Shown piece by piece: positions 8,639 through 17,530 of a stretch of DNA of 60,734 nt; within the stretch, counting starts at the first letter, position 1; the number at the start of each line of letters is the position of its first letter. A program made the translations under genes and the position numbers. Origin of the DNA: a virus (lineage: Duplodnaviria; Caudoviricetes); IMG/VR virus record IMGVR_UViG_3300047558_000101, positions 1-60,734 of that record; one strand, written 5' to 3'. The notes beneath the pieces were generated by a model. It made no database searches. It was given only the letters and a program-made list of their open reading frames with translations, and had not been told where the DNA came from.

Positions 8639-9118
8639 ATGACATCAGAACTTACACGAAACGAACTGCATCGCGTACTGCACTACAGCAAACGAACTGG
8701 TGTATTCACATGGTTAGTAGACAGTGGCGCGCGCAAAGTGGCTGGCCTAGAGGCTGGGACGCTAGGCGCTCGCAATGTGGTGTATATAAGCATCAAGCGT
8801 AAAAAGTACTTGGCTCATAGGCTAGCATGGTTTTATGTGCACGGCGTTTGGCCAGCAGCGCAGATAGACCATATAGACGGTGATCCAACAAACAACAGGT
8901 TCTCGAATTTGCGTGAGGCAACTAACGCACAGAACCAGCAGAACTTACGTAATCCCAAGGGATTAAACCCATACGTAGGAGTGCACTATGCCCGCGAACA
9001 TAAACGCTGGGCAGCTAGGATAAATGGTAAGCATATTGGGTACGCAGCGACCGCTGAAGATGCCCGAGTGGTATACCTGAAAGCAAAGTCGAAGCTGCAT
9101 ACGCATGCTCCGAAATAA
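8639..9118 (+). CDS. HNH homing endonuclease
   Basis: YLAHRLAW...IDHIDGDPTNNRFSNLREAT motif with an AP2-like C-terminus. Confidence 0.9.
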   Translation: MTSELTRNELHRVLHYSKRTGVFTWLVDSGARKVAGLEAGTLGARNVVYISIKRKKYLAHRLAWFYVHGVWPAAQIDHIDGDPTNNRFSNLREATNAQNQQNLRNPKGLNPYVGVHYAREHKRWAARINGKHIGYAATAEDARVVYLKAKSKLHTHAPK

Positions 9119-9171
9119 CCGGCTCCGCAGCGGCCCTGCGGTAAAAACTTGTTTACTTATTGGAGAAAATT

Positions 9172-10179
9172 GTGAGAATTGCACATGTGACCCCTATTCT
9201 CGTCAAGCGTTATTTGAACGACAACACTCGTCGTCGCACAACCTTCTTGCGTGGCCCATCGGGTATCGGCAAATCCGAAGTTGTGTTCCAAACATCACAA
9301 CTCTTGGCCGAGCATGTCCCAAACTGGAAAGGTGTCATCGACCTGCGCTTGGCACAGATGGAGCCCACCGACTTGCGTGGTATTCCTCATGTCGTCGAGG
9401 GTCGTACACACTGGGCACGCCCTGACTTCTTACCCGCTGATGGCTCAGGCATTCTGTTCTTGGATGAGATCACATCAGCTCCACCGTCAGTGCAAGCAGC
9501 TGCGTACCAGCTGTGCCTGACACCCGAGGACTTCGGTATCCCTGACTCATGGATGGTGATCGCCGCTGGCAACCGCAAGACCGATCGTGGTGTGACATTC
9601 AACCTTGCCGCACCATTGCAAAACCGCATGTGTGACATCGAGGTGAGCACAACCATCGACGACTTCACAGCACACGCTATCGGTCGTGGCATTCGCCCAG
9701 AGATTCTGTCTCTGTTGCAAGACCGCCCTGACCTGTTGCACAAGTTCGAGCCCACTGGTGACATCAAGCCTTTCCCATCACCACGCTCGTGGTTCGCCGC
9801 ATCGCATGTGGTTGACCTCGACTTGCCCACGCAAGATCGTGTCGAGTTGATCAAGGGTGACATCGGTGAAGAAGCAGCCATGATCTTCGAGACACACCTG
9901 CGCGTGTGGGAGTCCATGCCTCGCATCGAGGACATCTTGCAAGGCAAGGATGTGGCGTTGCCCAAAGAAATGAATGTGCGCTATTGTGTTGCGATGGGCT
10001 TGGCCACGCGCCTCGATGCTGACAACTTCGACAAGGCATGGAAGTTCTTGGAGAAGATGCCCGGCGAGATTCAGACCCTCACCATCAAGCTGGCACACAA
10101 GCGTGACAAGTCAATCACCAAGTCACCTGCGTTCAGCAAGTGGGCTGTGGCTAACCAAGCTGCTTTCAGCATGAAGTAA
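9172..10179 (+). CDS. MoxR-like AAA+ ATPase
   Basis: Walker A GPSGIGKS, Walker B ILFLDE, then AAGN, LQNR and PSPRSW motifs. GTG start after GGAG. Confidence 0.9.
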   Translation: MRIAHVTPILVKRYLNDNTRRRTTFLRGPSGIGKSEVVFQTSQLLAEHVPNWKGVIDLRLAQMEPTDLRGIPHVVEGRTHWARPDFLPADGSGILFLDEITSAPPSVQAAAYQLCLTPEDFGIPDSWMVIAAGNRKTDRGVTFNLAAPLQNRMCDIEVSTTIDDFTAHAIGRGIRPEILSLLQDRPDLLHKFEPTGDIKPFPSPRSWFAASHVVDLDLPTQDRVELIKGDIGEEAAMIFETHLRVWESMPRIEDILQGKDVALPKEMNVRYCVAMGLATRLDADNFDKAWKFLEKMPGEIQTLTIKLAHKRDKSITKSPAFSKWAVANQAAFSMK

Positions 10180-10181
10180 TC

Positions 10182-10478
10182 ATGGCGATCAAACACCCCG
10201 TATCGGGCAGGCCATCGCTGGCATGGGAGTTGCAGAACATGGGTATCCATGTCGCCACCCGCATACAGCAAGCTAAGTATCGGCGTGGCCAAGCCTACAT
10301 CGTGCGTGAATCGTTTGCACAGATTCGCCCAGCCTACAACACTGCGGGTTTACTCGACAGCAAAGGCGGGTGGGTTGTGACACGCAACTCGTTCGATGAG
10401 ATCAGGGAGTTCAGCGACATCGAGTCAGCTAAGCTGTATGTCGAGGCGCTGTTCGCATTGGAAACAAACGCGGAGTAA
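10182..10478 (+). CDS. Hypothetical protein (paralog 1)
   Basis: C-terminal DIESAKLYVEALFAL. The stop lies inside the palindrome at 10476. Confidence 0.7.
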   Translation: MAIKHPVSGRPSLAWELQNMGIHVATRIQQAKYRRGQAYIVRESFAQIRPAYNTAGLLDSKGGWVVTRNSFDEIREFSDIESAKLYVEALFALETNAE

Positions 10479-10482
10479 TCCC

Positions 10483-10782
10483 ATGGGATTAAGACAACTT
10501 GAGTGGCATGAACATGCTGGCGGGTGGGTAGCGAGGATTGCAATTCCGTTCGACACGAATGCAGAACGCACAAAGTATCGACGCTACGCACATGTCAACA
10601 TATTTGATTGGGCTGTTAAACGCAAGGGGGCACTTGTCCCCGTGCAGTTTCAGTTCTACAAACAAGGGTACGATGTCACTTGGCACGAGGACATCGACTC
10701 TGCTAAACTACATGTCGAGGCGATCTTCGCCTTAGACAATGACGAGATTGACAATACTGATTCACTTACTCACTGGAGATAA
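10483..10782 (+). CDS. Hypothetical protein (paralog 2)
   Basis: C-terminal DIDSAKLHVEAIFAL. The start ATG lies inside the palindrome at 10476. Confidence 0.7.
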   Translation: MGLRQLEWHEHAGGWVARIAIPFDTNAERTKYRRYAHVNIFDWAVKRKGALVPVQFQFYKQGYDVTWHEDIDSAKLHVEAIFALDNDEIDNTDSLTHWR

Positions 10783-10784
10783 TC

Positions 10785-11921
10785 ATGGCATTGATGGACA
10801 GAATTGATCTTGCATATAGCAAGCTAGGACTGCGCGAAGCATTCATCGCAGCAGTGATGACACGCGTCAAGCGTGAGGTATCCGACAAGGTAACCACCGC
10901 TGGTACCAACGGCACATGGGTGCGGTTCAACGAAGCGTTCTGCGAACCACTGAGCGATGAGGAGTTGTTCGGTCTGGTGTTGCACGAGTCATGCCATGTG
11001 GTGCTGATGCACATGTGGCGTCGTGAGGGTCGTGACCCCAAGTTGTGGAACATCGCCAACGATGCGCTGATCAACGCGTACATCAAGAGCCGCAACTGGC
11101 AACTGCCCAAGGGCGGTGTGCACATCAACTGGGTGCGTGAGGAGATGTCATCCGAGGAGGTGTACAACCGACTCAAAGAGCAACAGCAAGCGCAACAGCA
11201 GTCCGGCGGCGGTGACGGCGATGGCGAAGGTGACTCTGACGGCGGTGGCTTTGACGGCCACGGCGACCTGTACGATGCACAAGACGAGGCGACCCGTGTT
11301 GACATGGAAGCATCCATCGTTGCAGCTGCCAAGATGGCCAAAGAGTGTGGTCAAGGTTCATCGCTCATCGACCGCGTGCTGGAGAAAGTCGGCGACGCCA
11401 AGGTGCGCTGGCAAGATGTGACACGCTCGATGATGACCGAGAGTGCCGCAGCAGATTACTCGTACATTCGCCCATCACGCCGCTTCATCGGCTCGGGTCT
11501 GTATATGCCATCGTTGCGCTCTGATGCACTGGGTGGTCTTGCCATTGGCTTTGATACATCGGGCTCCATGGGCCCGAGCGAGTGCAACCAGATTGCCGCT
11601 GAGTTGCAAGCCATCGTTGACGACCTCAACCCTGCGTTCGTCGAGGTGGTGTACTGCGACTGGGATGTGACACGCGTCGAACGCTTCGAGCGTGACGAGC
11701 CACTTGAGCTCAAACCCAAGGGCGGTGGCGGTACTCGGTTCCAACCTGTGTTCGAGCACTTTGCCAACACCGGCGAGCGGTACTGTGGCATGATATTTTT
11801 CACTGACATGGAAGGTAACCTTGACGAGTGTGTTGAGCCCACCATGCCAATGATCTGGGCTGACATCGGTTACAGCCATCCACGCGAACCATTCGGCACC
11901 CGTGTCGAGGTTCCACTATGA
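10785..11921 (+). CDS. DUF2201-type metallopeptidase-like domain plus vWA-like domain
   Basis: HESCH (HExxH), WNIAND, MIDAS-like DTSGS, GGGGT and FTD motifs. Confidence 0.88.
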   Translation: MALMDRIDLAYSKLGLREAFIAAVMTRVKREVSDKVTTAGTNGTWVRFNEAFCEPLSDEELFGLVLHESCHVVLMHMWRREGRDPKLWNIANDALINAYIKSRNWQLPKGGVHINWVREEMSSEEVYNRLKEQQQAQQQSGGGDGDGEGDSDGGGFDGHGDLYDAQDEATRVDMEASIVAAAKMAKECGQGSSLIDRVLEKVGDAKVRWQDVTRSMMTESAAADYSYIRPSRRFIGSGLYMPSLRSDALGGLAIGFDTSGSMGPSECNQIAAELQAIVDDLNPAFVEVVYCDWDVTRVERFERDEPLELKPKGGGGTRFQPVFEHFANTGERYCGMIFFTDMEGNLDECVEPTMPMIWADIGYSHPREPFGTRVEVPL

Positions 11922-11930
11922 AAGAAAACT

Positions 11931-12212
11931 ATGCTTTACAAACTCGAAAAAGAATTGTTGAACCGCCTCGTGCGAATTGAATCCAAACTCGTGCGAGGGT
12001 TCGAGGAGCTGGGCGTAAACATCGACAAGGACAACGAGTGGTTAACCCTCGACGAAGAGTCCGCCGTGGTGTATGTGTCTACGCTCGGTCGTTCCATGAC
12101 TGTGTTGCTCAGCGACATGGCGCGTGCAGGTGCGACCAAAGAGGGCAAGCAGTATGACATCGTGCATCGTGGCGACATCATTGGCAACATCACATTTAGG
12201 AAAATCACATGA
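11931..12212 (+). CDS. Hypothetical protein
   Basis: 93-aa ORF within the operon. Confidence 0.65.
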   Translation: MLYKLEKELLNRLVRIESKLVRGFEELGVNIDKDNEWLTLDEESAVVYVSTLGRSMTVLLSDMARAGATKEGKQYDIVHRGDIIGNITFRKIT

Positions 12213-12403
12213 CAAACTATCATGCACTCCCCGACCTCAACCCGACAACGCGGTGCTTTCCGCGCTCGTTGCTGCAAGCGTGGCCCAACGATTACCCTGA
12301 GTGGTTCGAGCCGCACGAGCGTAAATCCCATGGGATTAGCGTGTGGTTAGGTCTAGGCTGTTGGGTTGTTGGTGCACTTGTTTACTGGAGGTATGTGTTA
12401 TGA
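12209..12403 (+). CDS. Small protein with a C-terminal TM segment
   Basis: TRCFPRSL motif and hydrophobic tail. Contains the palindrome at 12323. Confidence 0.6.
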   Translation: MTNYHALPDLNPTTRCFPRSLLQAWPNDYPEWFEPHERKSHGISVWLGLGCWVVGALVYWRYVL

Positions 12404-12522
12404 ATTGCAAGCATAGGTACGAGCCGACAAACTTCGGCATCAAGTATCGCACCCCAAACAGTTACTGGTGGAGTTGCGTGCGTTGTGGCAACACGATCTT
12501 TTCTGAACTCAAGGAGAGGTGA
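12400..12522 (+). CDS. 40-aa Cys/His peptide
   Basis: CKH...CVRC motif, GGAGG RBS and ATGA overlap. Confidence 0.5.
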   Translation: MNCKHRYEPTNFGIKYRTPNSYWWSCVRCGNTIFSELKER

Positions 12523-12911
12523 TGACAAGCTATTCATGGAATGCCAGCAACACTTCGCATGGTGTCGTTGCACAAGAGATTGAAAGCGTTATTCCATACT
12601 CAACAATAAATATTGTTGACTCAAATCAGCAGCCAGCTAACATCGTATTCTTCAACAACAACGACAACACTGAATTACTTCGCATAACTGCTGACGGCGT
12701 GACTGCAAACCCGAATGTGCCGGTCGATGAGATTGCACAGCGAGTGCTGGTAGCGCTGAATAGCGGCATCAAACAGATGGTGCGTAAGAAGTGGAAACCG
12801 CTGACGCCAGAAGAATTGCGCCAGTGCTACTCGCACGCGCTTGAGTACGACAAAGATTTGGCTGATGTGATTCATCAGGCATTGGTAGATAAACATCACT
12901 GGGAGGATTGA
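12522..12911 (+). CDS. Hypothetical protein with tail-fibre-like motifs
   Basis: GVVAQEIE and ELLRITADG motifs. AAGGAG RBS. Confidence 0.65.
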   Translation: MTSYSWNASNTSHGVVAQEIESVIPYSTINIVDSNQQPANIVFFNNNDNTELLRITADGVTANPNVPVDEIAQRVLVALNSGIKQMVRKKWKPLTPEELRQCYSHALEYDKDLADVIHQALVDKHHWED

Positions 12912-12912
12912 C

Positions 12913-14379
12913 ATGAGAGAAATTAAATTGATCGGCAGCACCATGCTGCCATTCGTGGTGACATTCTTCGCCATGTACTTGGTGGGTTCGTTCGTGTCTG
13001 TGAGCTGGGACATTGCAGCATGGACATGGGAGCTTCGTGTGCTGATGGCGACATTCGGCATTACCTTTGGCTTTGCATTGTGGATGCGCTTGGAGGTGGG
13101 ACGATGAGTAACAAACAACCGGCAGCGTGGGGCATGGAGCATCCAGATGGGGACATCATTGATGTGATTACGCCAGAAGAACACGCTAAAAAAGAAGGCC
13201 AGTACACAGTTGCGCTTTATCGTTGGTGTGAGCCGTTAACTGAACGCGAGATTGAACTAATTGACGGGATGATTGAGGTGCAACTGCAACACGCTATGCA
13301 ATGCGATCGTATTAGTAACCGCACGATGGCTGACAAGCAAAAGGGGTGGGACATGGAACGAGTCGCGTTACTGCAAAAACTAAAGGAACTCAACACATGA
13401 CATGGCCATTCCCAACTACACCGATACCTGCGGGTGGCAAGCCACCTAAGTACAACCCAAACAATGAGGAGGACGCACCACTGTGAAAACCGTGCTTGCA
13501 CCGGGTGCGCCTTGGTACAACACTGCCAAGCCCAAAGTGGTGGCCACCAAGCCGAAAAAAGAAAAGGTGCCAAAGCGTAGACGCGCTAGGCCGAGTCAGA
13601 TCGACGACAACTTTAGAAACTGGTTAATCAAACAGGGGTTTATAAATGACTGATGAAGATGATGAGTTCGCACGCATCGAGCGTGAACAAGCAAGCGGAT
13701 GGCGCAAGCGCCAGATTACAAACACACAAACAGCCGAGCAAAGCCACATGTATGAAATGGGCTGGAACTCTGGTTTGGAAATGGCGGCGTACAGAATCGT
13801 GCACGACTTCAAGCATGCGTTCGGCGAGGACACAGTTGCAAGTTTTGCAGCGTACATAAAGGGGCTGAAAAAATGAGTGATCTATTACTTTTCTTTGGCA
13901 CCATCGTTGGTGTGATCGTCATCGTGCTGACCTTATACACGATAGATAAGATGAGCGGCTGCTGGCACAAATTCGACAAGTGGATGGACGACAGCACAGA
14001 TGTGGCTTATGTGCAATGGCGCAGCTGCACAAAGTGCGGGTACATAGAGCGAGAGCAGTTCAGAAAGTTTAAGGAGCGCAAAGATGACAGCACTTGAGAA
14101 CATTGCACTAATGGCTGTGCTGATGATGCTTGGCGTTGGAGTGACTGTTGCTATGTTGCTTGGGTTCGTATACTGGCTGGAGATTCAAGACGAGTGAAAG
14201 CCATGATCGAGATCGTAAAAACATACAGCGGCGTACCACGGGTACGGCAGGGGTGGGGTGGAGTTGTCGAGCAAAAAGCTAGGGTGACCATCAGCTATCT
14301 CTATCGCTGCACGTTTTGCGGTCGTCTGTTTACTGACAAAGCAAAAGCGAAAGAGCACAGCCATGAGGAAACGAAGTAA
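12913..14379 (+). CDS. Run of small translationally coupled hypothetical genes (12913-13107, 13104-13400, 13397-13486, 13483-13653, 13646-13876, 13873-14097, 14084-14197, 14194-14379)
   Basis: Abutting or overlapping ORFs with RBSs. Several are hydrophobic or Cys-containing. Confidence 0.6.
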
Positions 14380-14830
14380 GTACAAACCAAAGGGGCAGCT
14401 ACCTGACCCGGTGACATGGGTGCTTGCTGGCATCAAACCATTCAAGGAGGTACCGAGCAGCATCGACATACGCATCAAGAACCATGCAGCCATGGATGCA
14501 CTGCGCAAAGGTGAAGCGGGAAAACCAGAGGTTGACATTTTGATTGGTGCGTTTAACATGACGGAAGCGTATGCAAGACTACGCCCCGAATTAGGTGCTG
14601 ACTGGGCTGACGAGATTAAGAATGGACAAGACGCGTTGCTCGCTGTTGCGAAGCGTGGTGTTGAGACAGGCAGGTTTATTCTGAAGGCATCAGAGCTGAC
14701 AGCTATGAACCTTGTCATGGAGTTGCACGATGTGCAGCTGGACAACACGACTGTGCGTGACATGGAGCTGGCAATGGATGTGATCGACAAAGAGTACAAA
14801 CTACGCAAGATGCGTGCAGTGAAGGAGTGA
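14363..14830 (+). CDS. Hypothetical protein
   Basis: 155 aa with a basic N-terminus, MRKRSKYKPK. Confidence 0.75.
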   Translation: MRKRSKYKPKGQLPDPVTWVLAGIKPFKEVPSSIDIRIKNHAAMDALRKGEAGKPEVDILIGAFNMTEAYARLRPELGADWADEIKNGQDALLAVAKRGVETGRFILKASELTAMNLVMELHDVQLDNTTVRDMELAMDVIDKEYKLRKMRAVKE

Positions 14831-14863
14831 TGAAATGATTGAAGTACTGAACGGGAGCAAAGA

Positions 14864-15265
14864 ATGAATATTGAAAAAGACTGGATAACAGCGGCAGGGT
14901 TGCGTGCTGTGATTGTTGCTACGCCGATGGGGCACCGCTGTGGGTATGTGGGCGTGCCACTAGGCCATGTGCACTACGGCAAGTTCTATGACGATATGCC
15001 CCACGAGATAGAGGTGCATGGTGGGCTGACATATTCAAGCAATGACAACAACTACCCAGTTGAGTCTGACCTATATTGGTTTGGATATGACTGCGCACAC
15101 TTGGGCGACAAAAAAGACCCGGCGTTGATGAGCGATAGGTACAAAGAGGTGTACAGCGTGATGCTAGACCTACTTCGCATGGACGAGGTTGTTCGTGATT
15201 TGCCGTTCTGCATAAATGAATGCGAGAACTTGGCGATTCAACTACAAGGGGGGTCGTTGCCATGA
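14864..15265 (+). CDS. Phage hypothetical protein (CGYVGVP...VHGGLTY...GYDCAH)
   Basis: Recognisable recurrent phage motif set. Confidence 0.75.
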   Translation: MNIEKDWITAAGLRAVIVATPMGHRCGYVGVPLGHVHYGKFYDDMPHEIEVHGGLTYSSNDNNYPVESDLYWFGYDCAHLGDKKDPALMSDRYKEVYSVMLDLLRMDEVVRDLPFCINECENLAIQLQGGSLP

Positions 15266-15462
15266 AAGGCTCGAGCATGGTGAGATGGGCTGTGCAGTTC
15301 AAAGGTCGATTCATACGAGTTGGCACAGCGAACTTGTACAGTTTGTTTTTAACACGCAAAGAGGCAGAAGAATCGTTTGTGCATGCTGTTGAAAGCAGCA
15401 AGTACAGAGCGGTAAAAGTGAAAATTCGATTAACTGAAACTACGGAAGGTGTAAACAAATGA
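15262..15462 (+). CDS. Hypothetical protein
   Basis: ATGA overlaps on both sides. Confidence 0.55.
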   Translation: MKGSSMVRWAVQFKGRFIRVGTANLYSLFLTRKEAEESFVHAVESSKYRAVKVKIRLTETTEGVNK

Positions 15463-15824
15463 GAGCAAAGAAACCAGTGATGCGTAAGACAACACGCGCA
15501 GAAAAAATCAGCAGACCAGCTGTGTATGAAGTGGAAGATAAAAAGCCACTGACCACAACAGAGATGCTGAAGCAACGAGGTAATCGCTATGGCTCGTTCG
15601 TCGGCCATGCAAAAGTGACACAGGATTTGAAAGAGTTAATCCGCATGCACCTTGAGCAACGAGATAAGGCATTGTCGGATGATCAGCAAGAAGCCATGGA
15701 TATGATCTGTCACAAAATAGGTCGCATTATTAACGGCGATGCGGATTACTTTGACAGCTGGAAAGACATCGCTGGCTATGCACAGCTGGTGTCAGATCGT
15801 TTGGAAAAAGGAGTAGAGCTATGA
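15459..15824 (+). CDS. DUF6378-like protein
   Basis: RGNRYGSF...KIGRIINGD...DSWKDIAGYAQL motif. Confidence 0.75.
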   Translation: MRAKKPVMRKTTRAEKISRPAVYEVEDKKPLTTTEMLKQRGNRYGSFVGHAKVTQDLKELIRMHLEQRDKALSDDQQEAMDMICHKIGRIINGDADYFDSWKDIAGYAQLVSDRLEKGVEL

Positions 15825-16342
15825 GTGAAGTAATGGTTGACCTAGAGACCCTAGGTAACGGCAGCAATGCTGCCATCATCTCCATCGGTGCAGTTGCATT
15901 CGACCCTGCGAGCGGACAGATCGAGAGCGAGTTCTATGTGAATGTTGACCCACAGAGTTGCGTGGACGCTGGCTTGAAGATGGATGTCAGCACAGTGATG
16001 TGGTGGATGAAACAGTCCGATGACGCACGAGCTGCGTTCACCAAGCCGAGCGTGCCACTGGCGCTGGCACTGGATATGTTCAAAGGCTGGTACCCACAAG
16101 GTGCAGGTATGTGGGGCAACGGTGCCACATTCGACAATGTGATTCTGGACAACGCGTTCAAAGCCACAGGCATCAACCGCCCATGGCACTTCACCAAAGA
16201 TCGCTGCTACCGCACGCTCAAAGCACTGCGCCCTGACGTCAAGCAAGAGCGAGTGGGCACACACCACAACGCGTTGGATGATGCAAAGTTCCAAGCCCTG
16301 CACGCGTGCAAACTGCTGCGTGCGTTGGGGGCAAAGACATGA
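15821..16342 (+). CDS. DEDD 3'-5' exonuclease (Rv2179c-like / exonuclease VIII-like)
   Basis: VMVDLETLG, WGNGATFD and HNALDDA motifs. Confidence 0.88.
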   Translation: MSEVMVDLETLGNGSNAAIISIGAVAFDPASGQIESEFYVNVDPQSCVDAGLKMDVSTVMWWMKQSDDARAAFTKPSVPLALALDMFKGWYPQGAGMWGNGATFDNVILDNAFKATGINRPWHFTKDRCYRTLKALRPDVKQERVGTHHNALDDAKFQALHACKLLRALGAKT

Positions 16343-16758
16343 GCGACGAAGTAGACGCATTCACATATTCGTCCATGCGTGGCATGACAACGAAAGAACT
16401 GCAAGAAGTGCAAGCTAAACGCTTGTCAGCAGCAACACAACGGCAAATTAACGGAGGTCTTATGAATACAGGTATAGCAGGTGCGATGGGTAACGCAGCA
16501 CAAGGCAGCGTTCTTGCAAGCAACGCCGCAATTTCCAACACACCGCTGGTGATGAAAACTAGCCCCGGCCCCGACCGCATCATTCGCTCGAAGGTTGAGT
16601 TGAGCTTAAACATCATCCAAGCCGAGAACGGATTCATTGTGCATGTCGGCAATCACTACGGCGGGTTAACTGATGTGCATATTGCCGCAACGCTCGAAGA
16701 TGTGAACACCATCATCACATCGCAACTGGCGTCACGCATGCTTGATCGGACTGAGTAA
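16339..16758 (+). CDS. Hypothetical protein
   Basis: ATGA overlap and IIQAENGFIV motif. Confidence 0.65.
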   Translation: MSDEVDAFTYSSMRGMTTKELQEVQAKRLSAATQRQINGGLMNTGIAGAMGNAAQGSVLASNAAISNTPLVMKTSPGPDRIIRSKVELSLNIIQAENGFIVHVGNHYGGLTDVHIAATLEDVNTIITSQLASRMLDRTE

Positions 16759-16991
16759 TGTCGGGCATGGTTTTTTACAAAGAGGCCATGCGCCTCGACT
16801 CGAGCGGCAACATAGGTATAGGTTCATTCCCGCAACGCAGTAAAAATATTCTGGACTTCACAGTGTATGAAGATGGTAGCGGGTACACAGTTATTGCAGG
16901 TAGTGGCGACGCTGTTACTGTAAAAACTTATGAAGAAGTTGAAGAGCTGTTCCGCCTTCGCTTTGCTGAGTGGAAATTGGAGCGTGACTGA
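16758..16991 (+). CDS. Hypothetical protein
   Basis: TAATG overlap. N-terminal EAMRLDSSGNIGIG. Confidence 0.55.
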   Translation: MSGMVFYKEAMRLDSSGNIGIGSFPQRSKNILDFTVYEDGSGYTVIAGSGDAVTVKTYEEVEELFRLRFAEWKLERD

Positions 16992-17029
16992 TGTATACTG
17001 TAAGCACGTAAACATACTAAGGAAAGCAA

Positions 17030-17530
17030 ATGAGCGCAAAAAATACACCCGAATCATTTTGGGGACGCGTAGACCAATCTAGCTCTGGTTGCTGGGAGTG
17101 GCGGGGTTCTAAAACTAGCTCTGGATATGGCAATTTGTCATGGCATGGGGCGCGAGTTCAGGCTCACCGCGTCGCGTATTTTTTGTCGTTCGGCGGAATT
17201 AAGTTAGAAACTCAATTTCGTCAAGACGGTCGGGCAAAGGCGTACAGGCGATTCGTGCTACACAAGTGTGATAACAGAGCGTGCTGTCGCCCAGATCACC
17301 TATTTCTAGGCTCCATGCGTGCTAACTTAATAGACGCGTACGCCAAGGGTAGAAAGTCGCAACCAAAAAGCGAGCATGTAAACGCCAAACTAACAAAGAA
17401 ACATGTCAAAGAAATACGTGAAGAGTACACCATAAAAGGTACAAGGCAGGTTGAGTTAGCGGCTCGCTATGGCGTAAGTCAACGAGTAATTAGCCTAGTT
17501 GTTAGGCACGAAACTTATAAGGACACATGA
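17030..17530 (+). CDS. HNH homing endonuclease with C-terminal HTH
   Basis: CWEWRG...AHRVAY...VLHKCDNRACCRPDHL, then AKLT...LAARYGVS. Confidence 0.9.
   Translation: MSAKNTPESFWGRVDQSSSGCWEWRGSKTSSGYGNLSWHGARVQAHRVAYFLSFGGIKLETQFRQDGRAKAYRRFVLHKCDNRACCRPDHLFLGSMRANLIDAYAKGRKSQPKSEHVNAKLTKKHVKEIREEYTIKGTRQVELAARYGVSQRVISLVVRHETYKDT

Noticed and set aside
2125-10491. Palindromes as integron attC sites or intrinsic terminators
   Set aside because: They are too short, lack RYYYAAC/GTTRRRY ends and have no integrase. The stems are AT-rich with no U-tract.
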